A stretch of 25,354 bases of DNA from a virus. Taxonomy: Duplodnaviria > Caudoviricetes. Where the stretch lies: the IMG/VR virus record IMGVR_UViG_3300022837_000083, positions 1 through 25,354 of that record; one strand, 5' to 3'. The translations under genes were made by a program, and so were the position numbers. Shown here piece after piece: positions 9,961-18,357 of this stretch; position 1 is the stretch's first letter; each line of letters begins with the position of its first letter. The notes below the pieces were generated by a model that saw only the letters and a list, made by a program, of their open reading frames with translations, made no database searches and was not told where the DNA came from.

Positions 9961-10041
9961 TGCCACTTTTTGCTCTATATAGCGGGCGTCTAAATATCTA
10001 CACCGCAGACGAAACCGACCGTCGATGACGGTCTATTAAAG

Positions 10042-10305
10042 ATGCCTACAAAAAAACCCGCAAAAGGCAAAGCAAAAGTTAAAGTAACTTCTTCCGGCAA
10101 AAAGGTTAGTTACGGACAAGCCGGAAAGGCTAAAGGCGGTGGTCCCAGAGTTCGTGCAGGTACCTCAAAAGGCGACAGCTACTGTGCAAGAAGCCTTGGC
10201 ATAAAGAAAGGGCTGTCTAATAAGAAACAAAACGACCCAAACACTCCCAACAATTTGTCACGAAATCGTTGGAAATGTTCAGGCGCAAAGTCTAAAAAGT
10301 CGTAG
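10042..10305 (+). CDS. Small Lys-rich phage protein (DUF6321-like)
   Basis: 87 aa and very basic. The SYCARS...RNRWKC pattern is one I recall from marine phage small basic proteins. Confidence 0.65.
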   Translation: MPTKKPAKGKAKVKVTSSGKKVSYGQAGKAKGGGPRVRAGTSKGDSYCARSLGIKKGLSNKKQNDPNTPNNLSRNRWKCSGAKSKKS

Positions 10306-11787
10306 TTACCTCAACCAGCTCTTAGTGTCTTCGCCTAGAACCTGACCCGCAACATCAATCTTGTTGCGTAGGGCTTCTAGTATTTTTTCGTCAATCGTTC
10401 CCGGCGAAACTAAATCAATATACGTTACCCTGTTCGTCTGACCAATCCGGTGCGCCCGGTCCTCGGACTGCAATCGTATCTCCAAGTCATAACTATTACT
10501 GTAATAGATGACCGTGTTAGCCTCAGTCAAAGTAATGCCATAACCGCCTGTCTTGGGCTGTCCCACAAAGAACCGCAACGGGTTTTTCGGGTCTTGGAAA
10601 TCGTTAACAATCTCCTGACGTTTGTCTTGAGGTGTCTCCCCATAATAGGTTGCGACAGAATCTGGCCCGAAACGGTCGCGCAGGGTAGTTGCTATTTGTT
10701 GGAGGTCGTGTGTATACGTCGCCCAAATAATGGCTTTCCCCTGTAACTCTTCTACCACGTCCAAAAGCTCATTTAATCGGTTGTTCTTTATAAGCTGTAT
10801 TGCACCATTGTCAGGCATTAAGTGACCGCAGCAAATCTGTTGAAGGCGCATGATCTGAGTTAACACGCTGGCCGTGGTCGCCAGTTCGCCACTCTCAAGC
10901 TTGGCCAACGCTAACTTTTTCATCTGCTGGTATAACTTTTCCTGTTCGGGAGTCAGTTCCACGTCGCGCCGAAGGTACACCTTGGGAGGCAGGTCTAAGC
11001 AGTCTACTTTTAGTACCCGGTTACTGAAGCTATCTAACTTTTCAGAAAGTTCGTCCAAACGACGGTAACCCATGATTTGTTGAAAACTGCGGTGCCCCAT
11101 GGTCCGTTGCTGAATGTTGGCGTACCGAGCTTGAAACGCATAGTAAGAATTAAAGCCCAGCGACTTCTCTTCAAGAAACCCGCACTGACTAAATAAGTCC
11201 ATTGGGCTTTTTGTAATGGGTGATCCTGTTAATATGCGGCGATACTTAGACCGTTTCCGTAAGGACATAATGCTCTTGGTCCTAGCGGCCTTGCGGTTCT
11301 TTATCGTCGTTGATTCGTCCACTATCACCATGTTGTCAGGGTTTTGATGAAGAAAAGCAGTGGCCGCGTCAGACCCCCTAACACTAGAAAAAGCTTCAAC
11401 GTTTATGACAAAAATCTTTAAAAAGGGATCCTTATCAACAATAAAATCCAGAAGCTCTTCCTCGAAACGCTTAGTCTTAGCAGGGGTCCAGCGGCATATC
11501 TTGCGAGGGATGCGTTTAGGCAAATGGATAGGTATCTCACCCTTGATCCAGTTGTCATATACCCCTTTGGGCGCTATAATCAAAGCCGCTTTTAGTTTCC
11601 CCGCCTCATACAACACCGCCATCGTATCGATAGCAACCTTGGTTTTTCCCGTGCCCATTTCCATAAACAGCGCGTAGTATTCCGCAGACCACGAGTCTTC
11701 CAGCGCAACTCGTTGGTGGTCATAAGGCATAGTTTCGTAGTTATAGTCCTGCATAATTTTACTACTTTCTTGCTGTGTTAAATCCAT
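10306..11787 (-). CDS. SNF2-family (SF2) helicase/ATPase
   Basis: Motifs MEMGTGKT (I), VDEST (II), LTGSP (III) and QSEDRAHRIGQ (VI). Confidence 0.95.
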   Translation of the reverse strand: MDLTQQESSKIMQDYNYETMPYDHQRVALEDSWSAEYYALFMEMGTGKTKVAIDTMAVLYEAGKLKAALIIAPKGVYDNWIKGEIPIHLPKRIPRKICRWTPAKTKRFEEELLDFIVDKDPFLKIFVINVEAFSSVRGSDAATAFLHQNPDNMVIVDESTTIKNRKAARTKSIMSLRKRSKYRRILTGSPITKSPMDLFSQCGFLEEKSLGFNSYYAFQARYANIQQRTMGHRSFQQIMGYRRLDELSEKLDSFSNRVLKVDCLDLPPKVYLRRDVELTPEQEKLYQQMKKLALAKLESGELATTASVLTQIMRLQQICCGHLMPDNGAIQLIKNNRLNELLDVVEELQGKAIIWATYTHDLQQIATTLRDRFGPDSVATYYGETPQDKRQEIVNDFQDPKNPLRFFVGQPKTGGYGITLTEANTVIYYSNSYDLEIRLQSEDRAHRIGQTNRVTYIDLVSPGTIDEKILEALRNKIDVAGQVLGEDTKSWLR

Positions 11788-11860
11788 AATATTACCCTTA
11801 AAATTGTCCTTGTTTTTGTTACAATTTAGGTTTGCCCGTCTCGGTGTATATTATAAAGAG

Positions 11861-12126
11861 ACTCTAATTGAGTGCATTTCACCGCATTTGACGGGGCTTC
11901 GCTTATTACGAACCAAAATCAGTTCGGCATCTGGGCCAGCTCCATGCTTAAACTTTATTTATCTTTTTCTATATTAGTTGGTAAAGTGTTTTGATTGTGG
12001 CTGGCAAGGAATCGAACCTTAATATCATCTAAGTATTTACCAAATATCACAAGCCTGAATCGAACAGGAATACCGTCAAAATTTACCAAATACAACCACA
12101 ATCAAAACACTCTAATTGAGTGCATT
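11861..12126. repeat. 18-bp direct repeat ACTCTAATTGAGTGCATT at 11861-11878 and 12109-12126; each copy contains a small hairpin
   Basis: Two identical copies bracket a non-coding segment. The internal hairpin is ACTC-TAATT-GAGT. Confidence 0.9.
11985..12111 (-). ncRNA. Candidate tRNA-like structured RNA with two D-loop/T-arm units and no anticodon arm
   Basis: 19-bp closing stem (11985-12003 with 12093-12111) with one G-U pair that forms only on the minus strand. Two TTCGATT loops sit on different stems (CCTG/CAGG and AAGG/CCTT), each preceded by TATTTGGTAAAT. Confidence 0.6.
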
Positions 12127-12137
12127 GCCTGTTTGAT

Positions 12138-12218
12138 TTAAAGCCATTTCAACACCTCCTCAAGTTCTGGGGACTCCCACTCTTTCCAACTCATTTCTTG
12201 TTCTTCTTCACGTTCCAT
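12138..12218 (-). CDS. Acidic 26-aa micro-ORF (MEREEEQEMSWKEWESPELEEVLKWL)
   Basis: Translated by hand. It overlaps the 3' end of the upstream gene and has a purine-rich RBS-like sequence. Confidence 0.35.
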   Translation of the reverse strand: MEREEEQEMSWKEWESPELEEVLKWL

Positions 12219-12558
12219 TTGTGCTTCCCTTAAATAGTTTGCTTTCCCACCGACACACTGCGTTAATATGCGTGTGGCGTGTAGTCGGTCTGACCATACC
12301 TATTTTTTCAATCCATCCTAGAGTTTGTAGAGAGCGTATCATTGCTCCCCAAACATTGTGGTGGTAGGGATCAGCCATCCCTTGGGCTCTGCAAAAGGCA
12401 CAAATCTTACCGCCTTCAACAAAGTGGTGTTCTGAGAGATACTTAGCAGCGTTACGATAGTAACCAGCTTTCCAGTCGTCGTCTGCATGTACAAAGGCCC
12501 TGTCTATCTCAGCCTTTATAAATTCAAACCGCATTTGCGGGGTGTCTTTCTGCTTCAT
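12208..12558 (-). CDS. Hypothetical phage protein
   Basis: 116-aa ORF with ATGA overlap to the helicase stop. The PxHHNxWGA pattern recurs in phage hypothetical proteins. Confidence 0.7.
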   Translation of the reverse strand: MKQKDTPQMRFEFIKAEIDRAFVHADDDWKAGYYRNAAKYLSEHHFVEGGKICAFCRAQGMADPYHHNVWGAMIRSLQTLGWIEKIGMVRPTTRHTHINAVCRWESKLFKGSTNGT

Positions 12559-14072
12559 AAGTCATAACTCCTTGTGGCGTCTTCAGCGTCAACGATAAAT
12601 AGGTTTTGTTTCGTTCGTGTTAAACCAACGTAAAACACTCTGTGCATATCATCCGGGTTAACCCTCATTTCGTTATCGGCGGCTGGACTAAGGTCAGTGA
12701 ACAGCACAACGTTATCCGCCTCACCGCCTTTTGACCCGTGGATCGTGGAGGCTGTAATACGGGGTATGCCATTAAATTTCTCGCCCCGTCGCAATAGTGC
12801 CGTGATGTACGCTCGGTCCACTTCGGGCAGTTTGTCCATTGCTTCTGACCATATCATGGTCTTTTCCGCTTTCAACCCGTAGCTATCTATCAGGGTTCCC
12901 ATGGTAACAAGGTCATGATCATTGATGCCGGTTAGCTTCTTATAGCCCCTTAACACTCGGGTGCCGGTAGACATAAAACTGTATATCTTACGTGCTACTT
13001 CCCCCGAGATTGCTTTGCCTTTGCGCAACTGCTCCCACCCATTAACCGCTTCAGATAGCTTCTCACTAATGCTCCTATGGCCACGGTAGTTGAACAGGTA
13101 ACCACTTGACTTTAGCTCACCAGCCACCGGCTGTAGGTGATACCCGGCTTGAGCTAAGATGAGCCATGATCCTTCGGCCATGTCTAGTGCAGAGATGGTG
13201 TTGATCCGTGTGACGTTGCCTAATTCCTTTTTTGGCTCATAGCTCTTGGGGAATCGACGGGCGATACGGCGCACAACATTCTCGGCGAGGTTGTGGACCC
13301 GTTGAGGAACACGATAGGACTGAGACAAGGTTTCAGACCCACCGGGTAAGTTAATAAAGTGGTCCACGTCTGCGCCTGCCCACCGATAAATAGCTTGGTC
13401 ATCGTCGCCTGCACAATACATTTTTTTAGAATGCCGGTCGATAGCGTGAGCTAGTTCCCATTGCAGTGGACTTAAATCTTGTGCCTCATCTAAGAAGCAT
13501 AGATCAAAGTCAGGGCAAAAGTTATCGGCCCCTTTAACAAACTCCGCCAACATGTCCGTGAAGTCATAAAACCCCATGCTTTCTTTGTACTCTCGGAGAC
13601 ATTTATCAACATAGTTGACAGTGTTCCAATCGGGCTCAATATTGCTTTGGTTGTACTGCTCTCTTAACGGGACCTTTCTTAAACGGGCTAGGTTAATCAG
13701 CCCGAGTATAGGATCGTTACTGGCAACCATAGAGGGGATGTCATCATCAAAACTACCTGCTTTTGTCCCGCCGAGCGTGACACCTATTGACCGACTTAAC
13801 TCTTTGAAGTGAGACTCTTGCATCACTTGCTCGGGTCTAATGTCTGTCATTGTTAGGGCTAGTGAGTGCAGTGTTCGGAAGTAGATTAGGTCTTTTTTAG
13901 GGTCCAGATTAAATCGAGCTGCGGCACGTTCTTTTGCTTCGTTGGCTGCTTTCCGTGTAAAGGCTAGGAAAGCAATGCGGTGCGGATGTGTACCCGCTTC
14001 TAAGGCTTCATCTACCATGTTCAACAACGTGGTGGTTTTACCTGTTCCCGGTGGTCCAAATATCCTAAACAT
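12555..14072 (-). CDS. UvrD/Rep-family SF1 DNA helicase
   Basis: Motifs GPPGTGKT, LDEAQD, GDDDQAIY, LSQSYR, STIHGSKGGE and FYVGLTR. Confidence 0.95.
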   Translation of the reverse strand: MFRIFGPPGTGKTTTLLNMVDEALEAGTHPHRIAFLAFTRKAANEAKERAAARFNLDPKKDLIYFRTLHSLALTMTDIRPEQVMQESHFKELSRSIGVTLGGTKAGSFDDDIPSMVASNDPILGLINLARLRKVPLREQYNQSNIEPDWNTVNYVDKCLREYKESMGFYDFTDMLAEFVKGADNFCPDFDLCFLDEAQDLSPLQWELAHAIDRHSKKMYCAGDDDQAIYRWAGADVDHFINLPGGSETLSQSYRVPQRVHNLAENVVRRIARRFPKSYEPKKELGNVTRINTISALDMAEGSWLILAQAGYHLQPVAGELKSSGYLFNYRGHRSISEKLSEAVNGWEQLRKGKAISGEVARKIYSFMSTGTRVLRGYKKLTGINDHDLVTMGTLIDSYGLKAEKTMIWSEAMDKLPEVDRAYITALLRRGEKFNGIPRITASTIHGSKGGEADNVVLFTDLSPAADNEMRVNPDDMHRVFYVGLTRTKQNLFIVDAEDATRSYDL

Positions 14073-14250
14073 CTGAAATCCTTTCGGCTGCTGTCATAAG
14101 TATGTCGGCCAAACCTACTGCCGAAATTTTACGGTCTTCCGTCTCCATGTCAGCTTCCATTGCAATACATTCCAACAATTCAGCAAGATGCTTATTACTC
14201 AAATCGTCTGGAATCAGGCCAAACCATGGTTTGTCTTTAAATTTGTGCAT
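14065..14250 (-). CDS. Hypothetical protein, 61 aa (MHKFKDKPWF...)
   Basis: Internal ATG of the 14065..14304 ORF, preceded by GGAGAAAAGGAAGG. It overlaps both neighbours. Confidence 0.55.
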   Translation of the reverse strand: MHKFKDKPWFGLIPDDLSNKHLAELLECIAMEADMETEDRKISAVGLADILMTAAERISDV

Positions 14251-14407
14251 CCTTCCTTTTCTCCCTGCTATAAATCTGTTGGACTCTCTGCTTAGAGATG
14301 CCAAAGTATTTAGCGACTGCCGTCATCGTCATAAGATCATTGTCAATCATCTGAATGATCTCCGCATTACGGCGTTTGCTATATTCTTCAAAAGTTAACT
14401 CGACCAT
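14237..14407 (-). CDS. Small HTH DNA-binding protein (sigma70 region-4-like), 56 aa
   Basis: Translated by hand as MVELTFEEYSKRRNAEIIQMIDNDLMTMTAVAKYFGISKQRVQQIYSREKRKDAQI. AVAKYFGISKQRVQQI is an HTH signature, and the gene is TAATG-coupled to the primase. Not in the ORF track. Confidence 0.75.
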   Translation of the reverse strand: MVELTFEEYSKRRNAEIIQMIDNDLMTMTAVAKYFGISKQRVQQIYSREKRKDAQI

Positions 14408-15945
14408 TAGAAAGGTGCTCCCTGCTGATTTCCGAACTTGGGTGTATCAATTTCAATGTCGGAAGAGTTAAATGACGGTATTTGCCAAACTCTAACGGCG
14501 CGGCCTTTAATCTTAAGCACTACGCTGGAGCCGTTTATATCACGTAGGCGTTGAGCAATCCGGTGTGATTTATATTCAAAAAACTTATTCTTTTTCAGGA
14601 AATTTTCAAAGTCTTTCAGCCTGAAGTAGGTGACCCCTTGCTCTTCGTCCGTCCAAGGTCGGCGCAACAGTATCTCTTCTTTGTCTTGGGCAACCTGTAG
14701 GTGCCTGCAAAATTCCTCAAGGTAGTCATAAAACTGACCGCTCGTGCTGGCATCAACGGCGACCTCGATGATGGCGCTTTCGTTCCCCTTCATTTCAGTA
14801 AGAAGGGCGCTGATACGACCTTCCCACTGTTGTTTGGCCACGGACTTCGGCATGAAGTTTAGCTGCTCCATACACGCTTTCTGGAAGGTCATTTGGTTCA
14901 TTAAAGCATCTGTGTCCATTTCCAGCGGTTCGCCGTTCACGTCCATAAACCATACGGGCGGCGTAGAGTTATATTTACGGAGGTTAGCGATGGTTGCCCC
15001 TGCGATAGCCGAGCCAACGCCAAACTTACGTGTTCGGCAAAGGTCTTTGTTGCAGTGTGCATTAATGGGGGCATCATTGCATTTGTAGACGTAGTCTTTG
15101 CGCTCTACCTGCTTGGCCACCACGTTGACCTCACCTAGAGGTAGTGGAGGGGAGATATACTCCATGTTATAACGAAGTATCTCTGACTCCCAGCTATCGG
15201 GGAAGGCTTTCCGCAGGTAAACCCCGATATTGAACAGGCCGTTGTTCCGGCCCCCTTCGCTGATACCCTGTTTACAGAGTATTTGCAGGCAAGGTGGGCC
15301 GTCCTGAAGCAGGTTTGTTTCCTCGTCCCCCACCACCTGCAGCTTAACGACTTCTTCTGGGGTTTTAGCGTATTTCTGGTGCAGCACCATAAACTCGTCG
15401 AGAGTGGCCGAAGTGCCATCGTCCAAAAAGGCGTATCGCAGCCCGTTTTCATGGTCGTAGTACGGCAAATTCAGAAAATTACCGACGTCGCCCCTGTCTA
15501 AATTAAGTTTTATTTGTTTTGGGAAAATCTCGCTCTCGCCGTAGCCTAGTGCAGCGGCCATCGACCGTAGTGCTTTCTGCATATCTCGGGCTTCAGTCCA
15601 CGAAGTGGTGAAAAGGAAGCAGTGCGCCCCTCCCGATTTAGACCGACATACAACAAGGGGTAATTTCATGCGGCGGATTTTACCCACCAGCAATTTATGG
15701 TCTAAGGGGTACTGGTCGATATCGATGCAACCCCACTTACAATTGTTCTCTTCGTTTATAGGCACGATGCCGAGACCGTTGCCTGTGCCGGTTAAGTGGT
15801 CTTCCCAAAGCTTCGGTGTCTGAGGCTCGCGAAGAACTCCGGCTTTCCCTTGGGTTTTCCCGTTAGCCCCCGTTTTTTCTAGTTTAAAATAGCCGTGGGC
15901 TACTTTCAGACCTTCAAAGATAGACCTGAATTTTTCTAATGACAT
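14407..15945 (-). CDS. AEP-superfamily primase/Prim-Pol with a PriCT-like domain
   Basis: Motifs CIDID (I), SKSGGAH (II) and the PriCT-like EGGRNNGLFNIG. The start is probably MSLEKF at 15945; the track starts at 15981. Confidence 0.8.
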   Translation of the reverse strand: MSLEKFRSIFEGLKVAHGYFKLEKTGANGKTQGKAGVLREPQTPKLWEDHLTGTGNGLGIVPINEENNCKWGCIDIDQYPLDHKLLVGKIRRMKLPLVVCRSKSGGAHCFLFTTSWTEARDMQKALRSMAAALGYGESEIFPKQIKLNLDRGDVGNFLNLPYYDHENGLRYAFLDDGTSATLDEFMVLHQKYAKTPEEVVKLQVVGDEETNLLQDGPPCLQILCKQGISEGGRNNGLFNIGVYLRKAFPDSWESEILRYNMEYISPPLPLGEVNVVAKQVERKDYVYKCNDAPINAHCNKDLCRTRKFGVGSAIAGATIANLRKYNSTPPVWFMDVNGEPLEMDTDALMNQMTFQKACMEQLNFMPKSVAKQQWEGRISALLTEMKGNESAIIEVAVDASTSGQFYDYLEEFCRHLQVAQDKEEILLRRPWTDEEQGVTYFRLKDFENFLKKNKFFEYKSHRIAQRLRDINGSSVVLKIKGRAVRVWQIPSFNSSDIEIDTPKFGNQQGAPF

Positions 15946-16009
15946 AGACTGCCCCCATACGGAAAAATAGGCGCGGCACAACGCCCCGCCTAGACACTAG
16001 ACCACTTGA

Positions 16010-16789
16010 CTAAAAAGGCACGTCGTCGTTATTTAAGTCATCGTCATTCGTATGTTTAACAACAACGGCACCACTCGTTATACTGTTGGCAAAAGCTTTT
16101 GCTCTACCGTACAGGCCAGCATCCGCAATGGCACTATCTACCGACATTTCCCAACCGTGCCACGAACCTTTTGAGTTTTCCTCAGAGATTGTTTTTAGGT
16201 GGTAAATGTGCGAAAAGCGTGGAGGGGTAAACGGCCCTTTTGATCCGTGCATCGAACGTGACGCCATGATGCTATTCCACTTCCGCGACTTTTTAAGCTG
16301 CGTAGATTTCATTGCAATCAAAGCTGTCTCAAACGCTCCGTCTTCCCCAACGAGGACGACGAAGTGCTGATGTGTTTCCTCAATATACTCCCCGCTACCG
16401 TCAGCAACATAGTCTTTGTTGTCATCGCTAGACCGAGCTGTTTCTGGACGCACCTCACCGGGTTCATAAATTGCAGTGGGGGCACCGCTCCCCATGCCGC
16501 GAGGTGCCCATTGGATGAATCTACGCTGATAAGCACAAGGGATAACTCGTATGCCTTCCTTACCTTTGTAAACTGCCCCGGTTACAGTATTGTAAATATC
16601 CCCCTTACGAGCCACTTCATTTTCGTCTAATATAGGGTCATTGCCTGAAAGAACTTTTAGGAAAGGAAGCGCTAAGTCTTCTTGTCCCATGTTTTCCATG
16701 CCCCGACCTGCATCGGCTTCAAACATGGATGGATCAAATTCCGCCATTGCGGTTGATTCTTGTTTTGCTACTTGTTTTGCTTGTGTCAT
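16010..16789 (-). CDS. Putative single-stranded DNA-binding protein
   Basis: Lies in the replication operon and has an acidic C-terminal tail DDDLNNDDVPF like the bacterial SSB C-terminus. The start is probably MTQAKQ at 16789. Confidence 0.6.
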   Translation of the reverse strand: MTQAKQVAKQESTAMAEFDPSMFEADAGRGMENMGQEDLALPFLKVLSGNDPILDENEVARKGDIYNTVTGAVYKGKEGIRVIPCAYQRRFIQWAPRGMGSGAPTAIYEPGEVRPETARSSDDNKDYVADGSGEYIEETHQHFVVLVGEDGAFETALIAMKSTQLKKSRKWNSIMASRSMHGSKGPFTPPRFSHIYHLKTISEENSKGSWHGWEMSVDSAIADAGLYGRAKAFANSITSGAVVVKHTNDDDLNNDDVPF

Positions 16790-16790
16790 T

Positions 16791-17372
16791 TTACTTTCCT
16801 CTCTTAATAACTGCACGTTGACCTACCCAAGCCCCAAATAACTCCATGGGGAATTCCTCTCCTGCCTCACATCTTTCTTTTACGAAAGCACGTAACGTTT
16901 GCGGGTGTATCTCGGTTTTCTGTTGTGGTAGAAACCCATGTGTTTCCGCGAACGTAGAAAAGGCGCTTGCTTGATCGTCCTCACCACGGCCAAATTGGCA
17001 CGAGACAGTATTTTTAATAATGTCACCGTACTGATGGTCACGTAGCCACTCAAAAGCGGTTGGACGGTTTTGAACAAGTATGGAGGCTCCATACGTTTGT
17101 TTGACCTCAACGGTAGAACCGTCGTCGAGGGCAAAAGAAGATATACCGATTTCAGCAAGCATTGCAGGCATTTCTTCGTCAGTAAGCTTCTGAAGGTCTT
17201 TCTTGTATTCCTTGATAGTTTCCTCAAGGGCTTCAATCGTTACTTCTTTGTCTCTTATTTGGCGGGCCAACTCGGCTACCGTGGTAAGTCCTTGTTGGTC
17301 TATCTTCTCAACACTGGTTGCCTGCTTGTTTTCAAAGTCGGCCTCCATCATTTGGGTTAAATCTACACTCAT
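16791..17372 (-). CDS. Conserved phage replication-module protein (N-terminal coiled coil)
   Basis: 193-aa ORF with RBS AAGGAG. The AFEWLR..GDIIKN and HPQTLRAFVKE patterns are common next to phage SSB genes. Function unknown. Confidence 0.7.
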   Translation of the reverse strand: MSVDLTQMMEADFENKQATSVEKIDQQGLTTVAELARQIRDKEVTIEALEETIKEYKKDLQKLTDEEMPAMLAEIGISSFALDDGSTVEVKQTYGASILVQNRPTAFEWLRDHQYGDIIKNTVSCQFGRGEDDQASAFSTFAETHGFLPQQKTEIHPQTLRAFVKERCEAGEEFPMELFGAWVGQRAVIKRGK

Positions 17373-17410
17373 AACTTCTCTCCTTCGTGGTTAAAGGCAC
17401 CTTTTGGGCC

Positions 17411-17451
17411 TTGACAAAGGTAGATATTATCTTATATCCTACACATGTCAA
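17411..17451. promoter_or_regulatory. Overlapping opposed sigma70 promoters
   Basis: Plus strand TTGACA(17411)-N18-TATCCT; minus strand TTGACA(17451-17446)-N16-TAATAT, which would drive the replication operon. Confidence 0.65.
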
Positions 17452-17581
17452 GCGGTTTAAAAAAAAAATTAGATAATGTTATAAAGTTAGGGGGGGGGAG
17501 GGTAAAAATGAACAAAAAGGAAATTAGATTAAGAAAGATATCTCTAACTAAACTTTTAAGTGATTATTACAAGCTCTAAGT

Positions 17582-17698
17582 TTAATTTCTTTCCTTTTGT
17601 GCCTCCGTGACTTCTCGCCATACTACTGCGTAAGCTAAATCCAAAGGATAGTTATGCTTATCAACTAACCGCTTTACTCTTTTGTCAAATTCACTCAT
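17582..17698 (-). CDS. 38-aa micro-protein (MSEFDKRVKRLVDKHNYPLDLAYAVVWREVTEAQKERN)
   Basis: Translated by hand, with ATGA overlap to the upstream gene and RBS AAGGGTGA. Confidence 0.55.
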   Translation of the reverse strand: MSEFDKRVKRLVDKHNYPLDLAYAVVWREVTEAQKERN

Positions 17699-17988
17699 AG
17701 CTCACCCTTTTCTTCTGCTGTCAATGCTCGGCAATTATGCCAATCACTAATTTCGCACACATAAGGCGCTTTTGTACTATCCATTAATTTAAATTTATCA
17801 AACTTAACTTGGCCATAATCACGCCACACAGCCACAACCTGACCAACTCTAGGCACAAACTTAGGCGGGAAGGCTTGCTCTAATATTGCTTCGCCTATCA
17901 GCTCAACCTCGCATTTAGTCACCACTTCAGGGCATTCCATACATCTTATTACCTCTGCTAAATCTTCTCTTGTAATTGAATCAGTCAT
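17695..17988 (-). CDS. Hypothetical protein (97 aa from MTDSIT)
   Basis: ORF track 17695..18015. The internal ATG has RBS GGGAGAG. Confidence 0.65.
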   Translation of the reverse strand: MTDSITREDLAEVIRCMECPEVVTKCEVELIGEAILEQAFPPKFVPRVGQVVAVWRDYGQVKFDKFKLMDSTKAPYVCEISDWHNCRALTAEEKGEL

Positions 17989-18112
17989 TATTACTCTCCC
18001 ATTGATTAACTTCATATTGTTCTTTGCGTTCTTCGTAAGTCAGCTCGTCTTCGTCGTCTTCGTCGTCCCAAGCAGGGTTATATGCTAGTTTCCATTCGTC
18101 GTAGTCGCTCAT
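17981..18112 (-). CDS. 43-aa highly acidic micro-protein (MSDYDEWKLAYNPAWDDEDDEDELTYEERKEQYEVNQWESNND)
   Basis: Translated by hand. It is TAATG-coupled to 18112..18357 and fills the gap exactly. Confidence 0.6.
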   Translation of the reverse strand: MSDYDEWKLAYNPAWDDEDDEDELTYEERKEQYEVNQWESNND

Positions 18113-18357
18113 TATTCAGCCTCGTCTATTGCATCACGCAAAGCAAATCGCGCCTTACCAATGCTTGATTCACTTAAATCATCTATTATATTAACGCTAC
18201 TTCCGTTATGTCCAACTGGAGCCATTAAAGCAATCAACTCAATCAAATCTTCATGGTTAAAATCATAGATCGCTTCAGCGTGGATGTTTTCACCAAAGAC
18301 AATATCTATCCTTGGAAGTGGTGGTGCGCCAAGTGGTCTTATAGTGTATTCATTCAT
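18112..18357 (-). CDS. Hypothetical protein, 81 aa
   Basis: ORF with ATGA coupling to the HNH gene and RBS GGAG. Confidence 0.65.
   Translation of the reverse strand: MNEYTIRPLGAPPLPRIDIVFGENIHAEAIYDFNHEDLIELIALMAPVGHNGSSVNIIDDLSESSIGKARFALRDAIDEAE

Noticed and set aside
11884-11947. Possible hammerhead or HDV-like ribozyme next to the tRNA-like RNA
   Set aside because: The minus strand reads CTGATTT and CGAAG rather than CUGANGA and GAAA, and I could not build an HDV double pseudoknot.
11976-12020. Plus-strand tRNA-His look-alike (TAGTTGGTAAAG...GATTGTGGCT)
   Set aside because: The anticodon stem does not pair, the T-loop is in the reverse orientation, and there is no acceptor stem. The minus-strand fold explains the region better.
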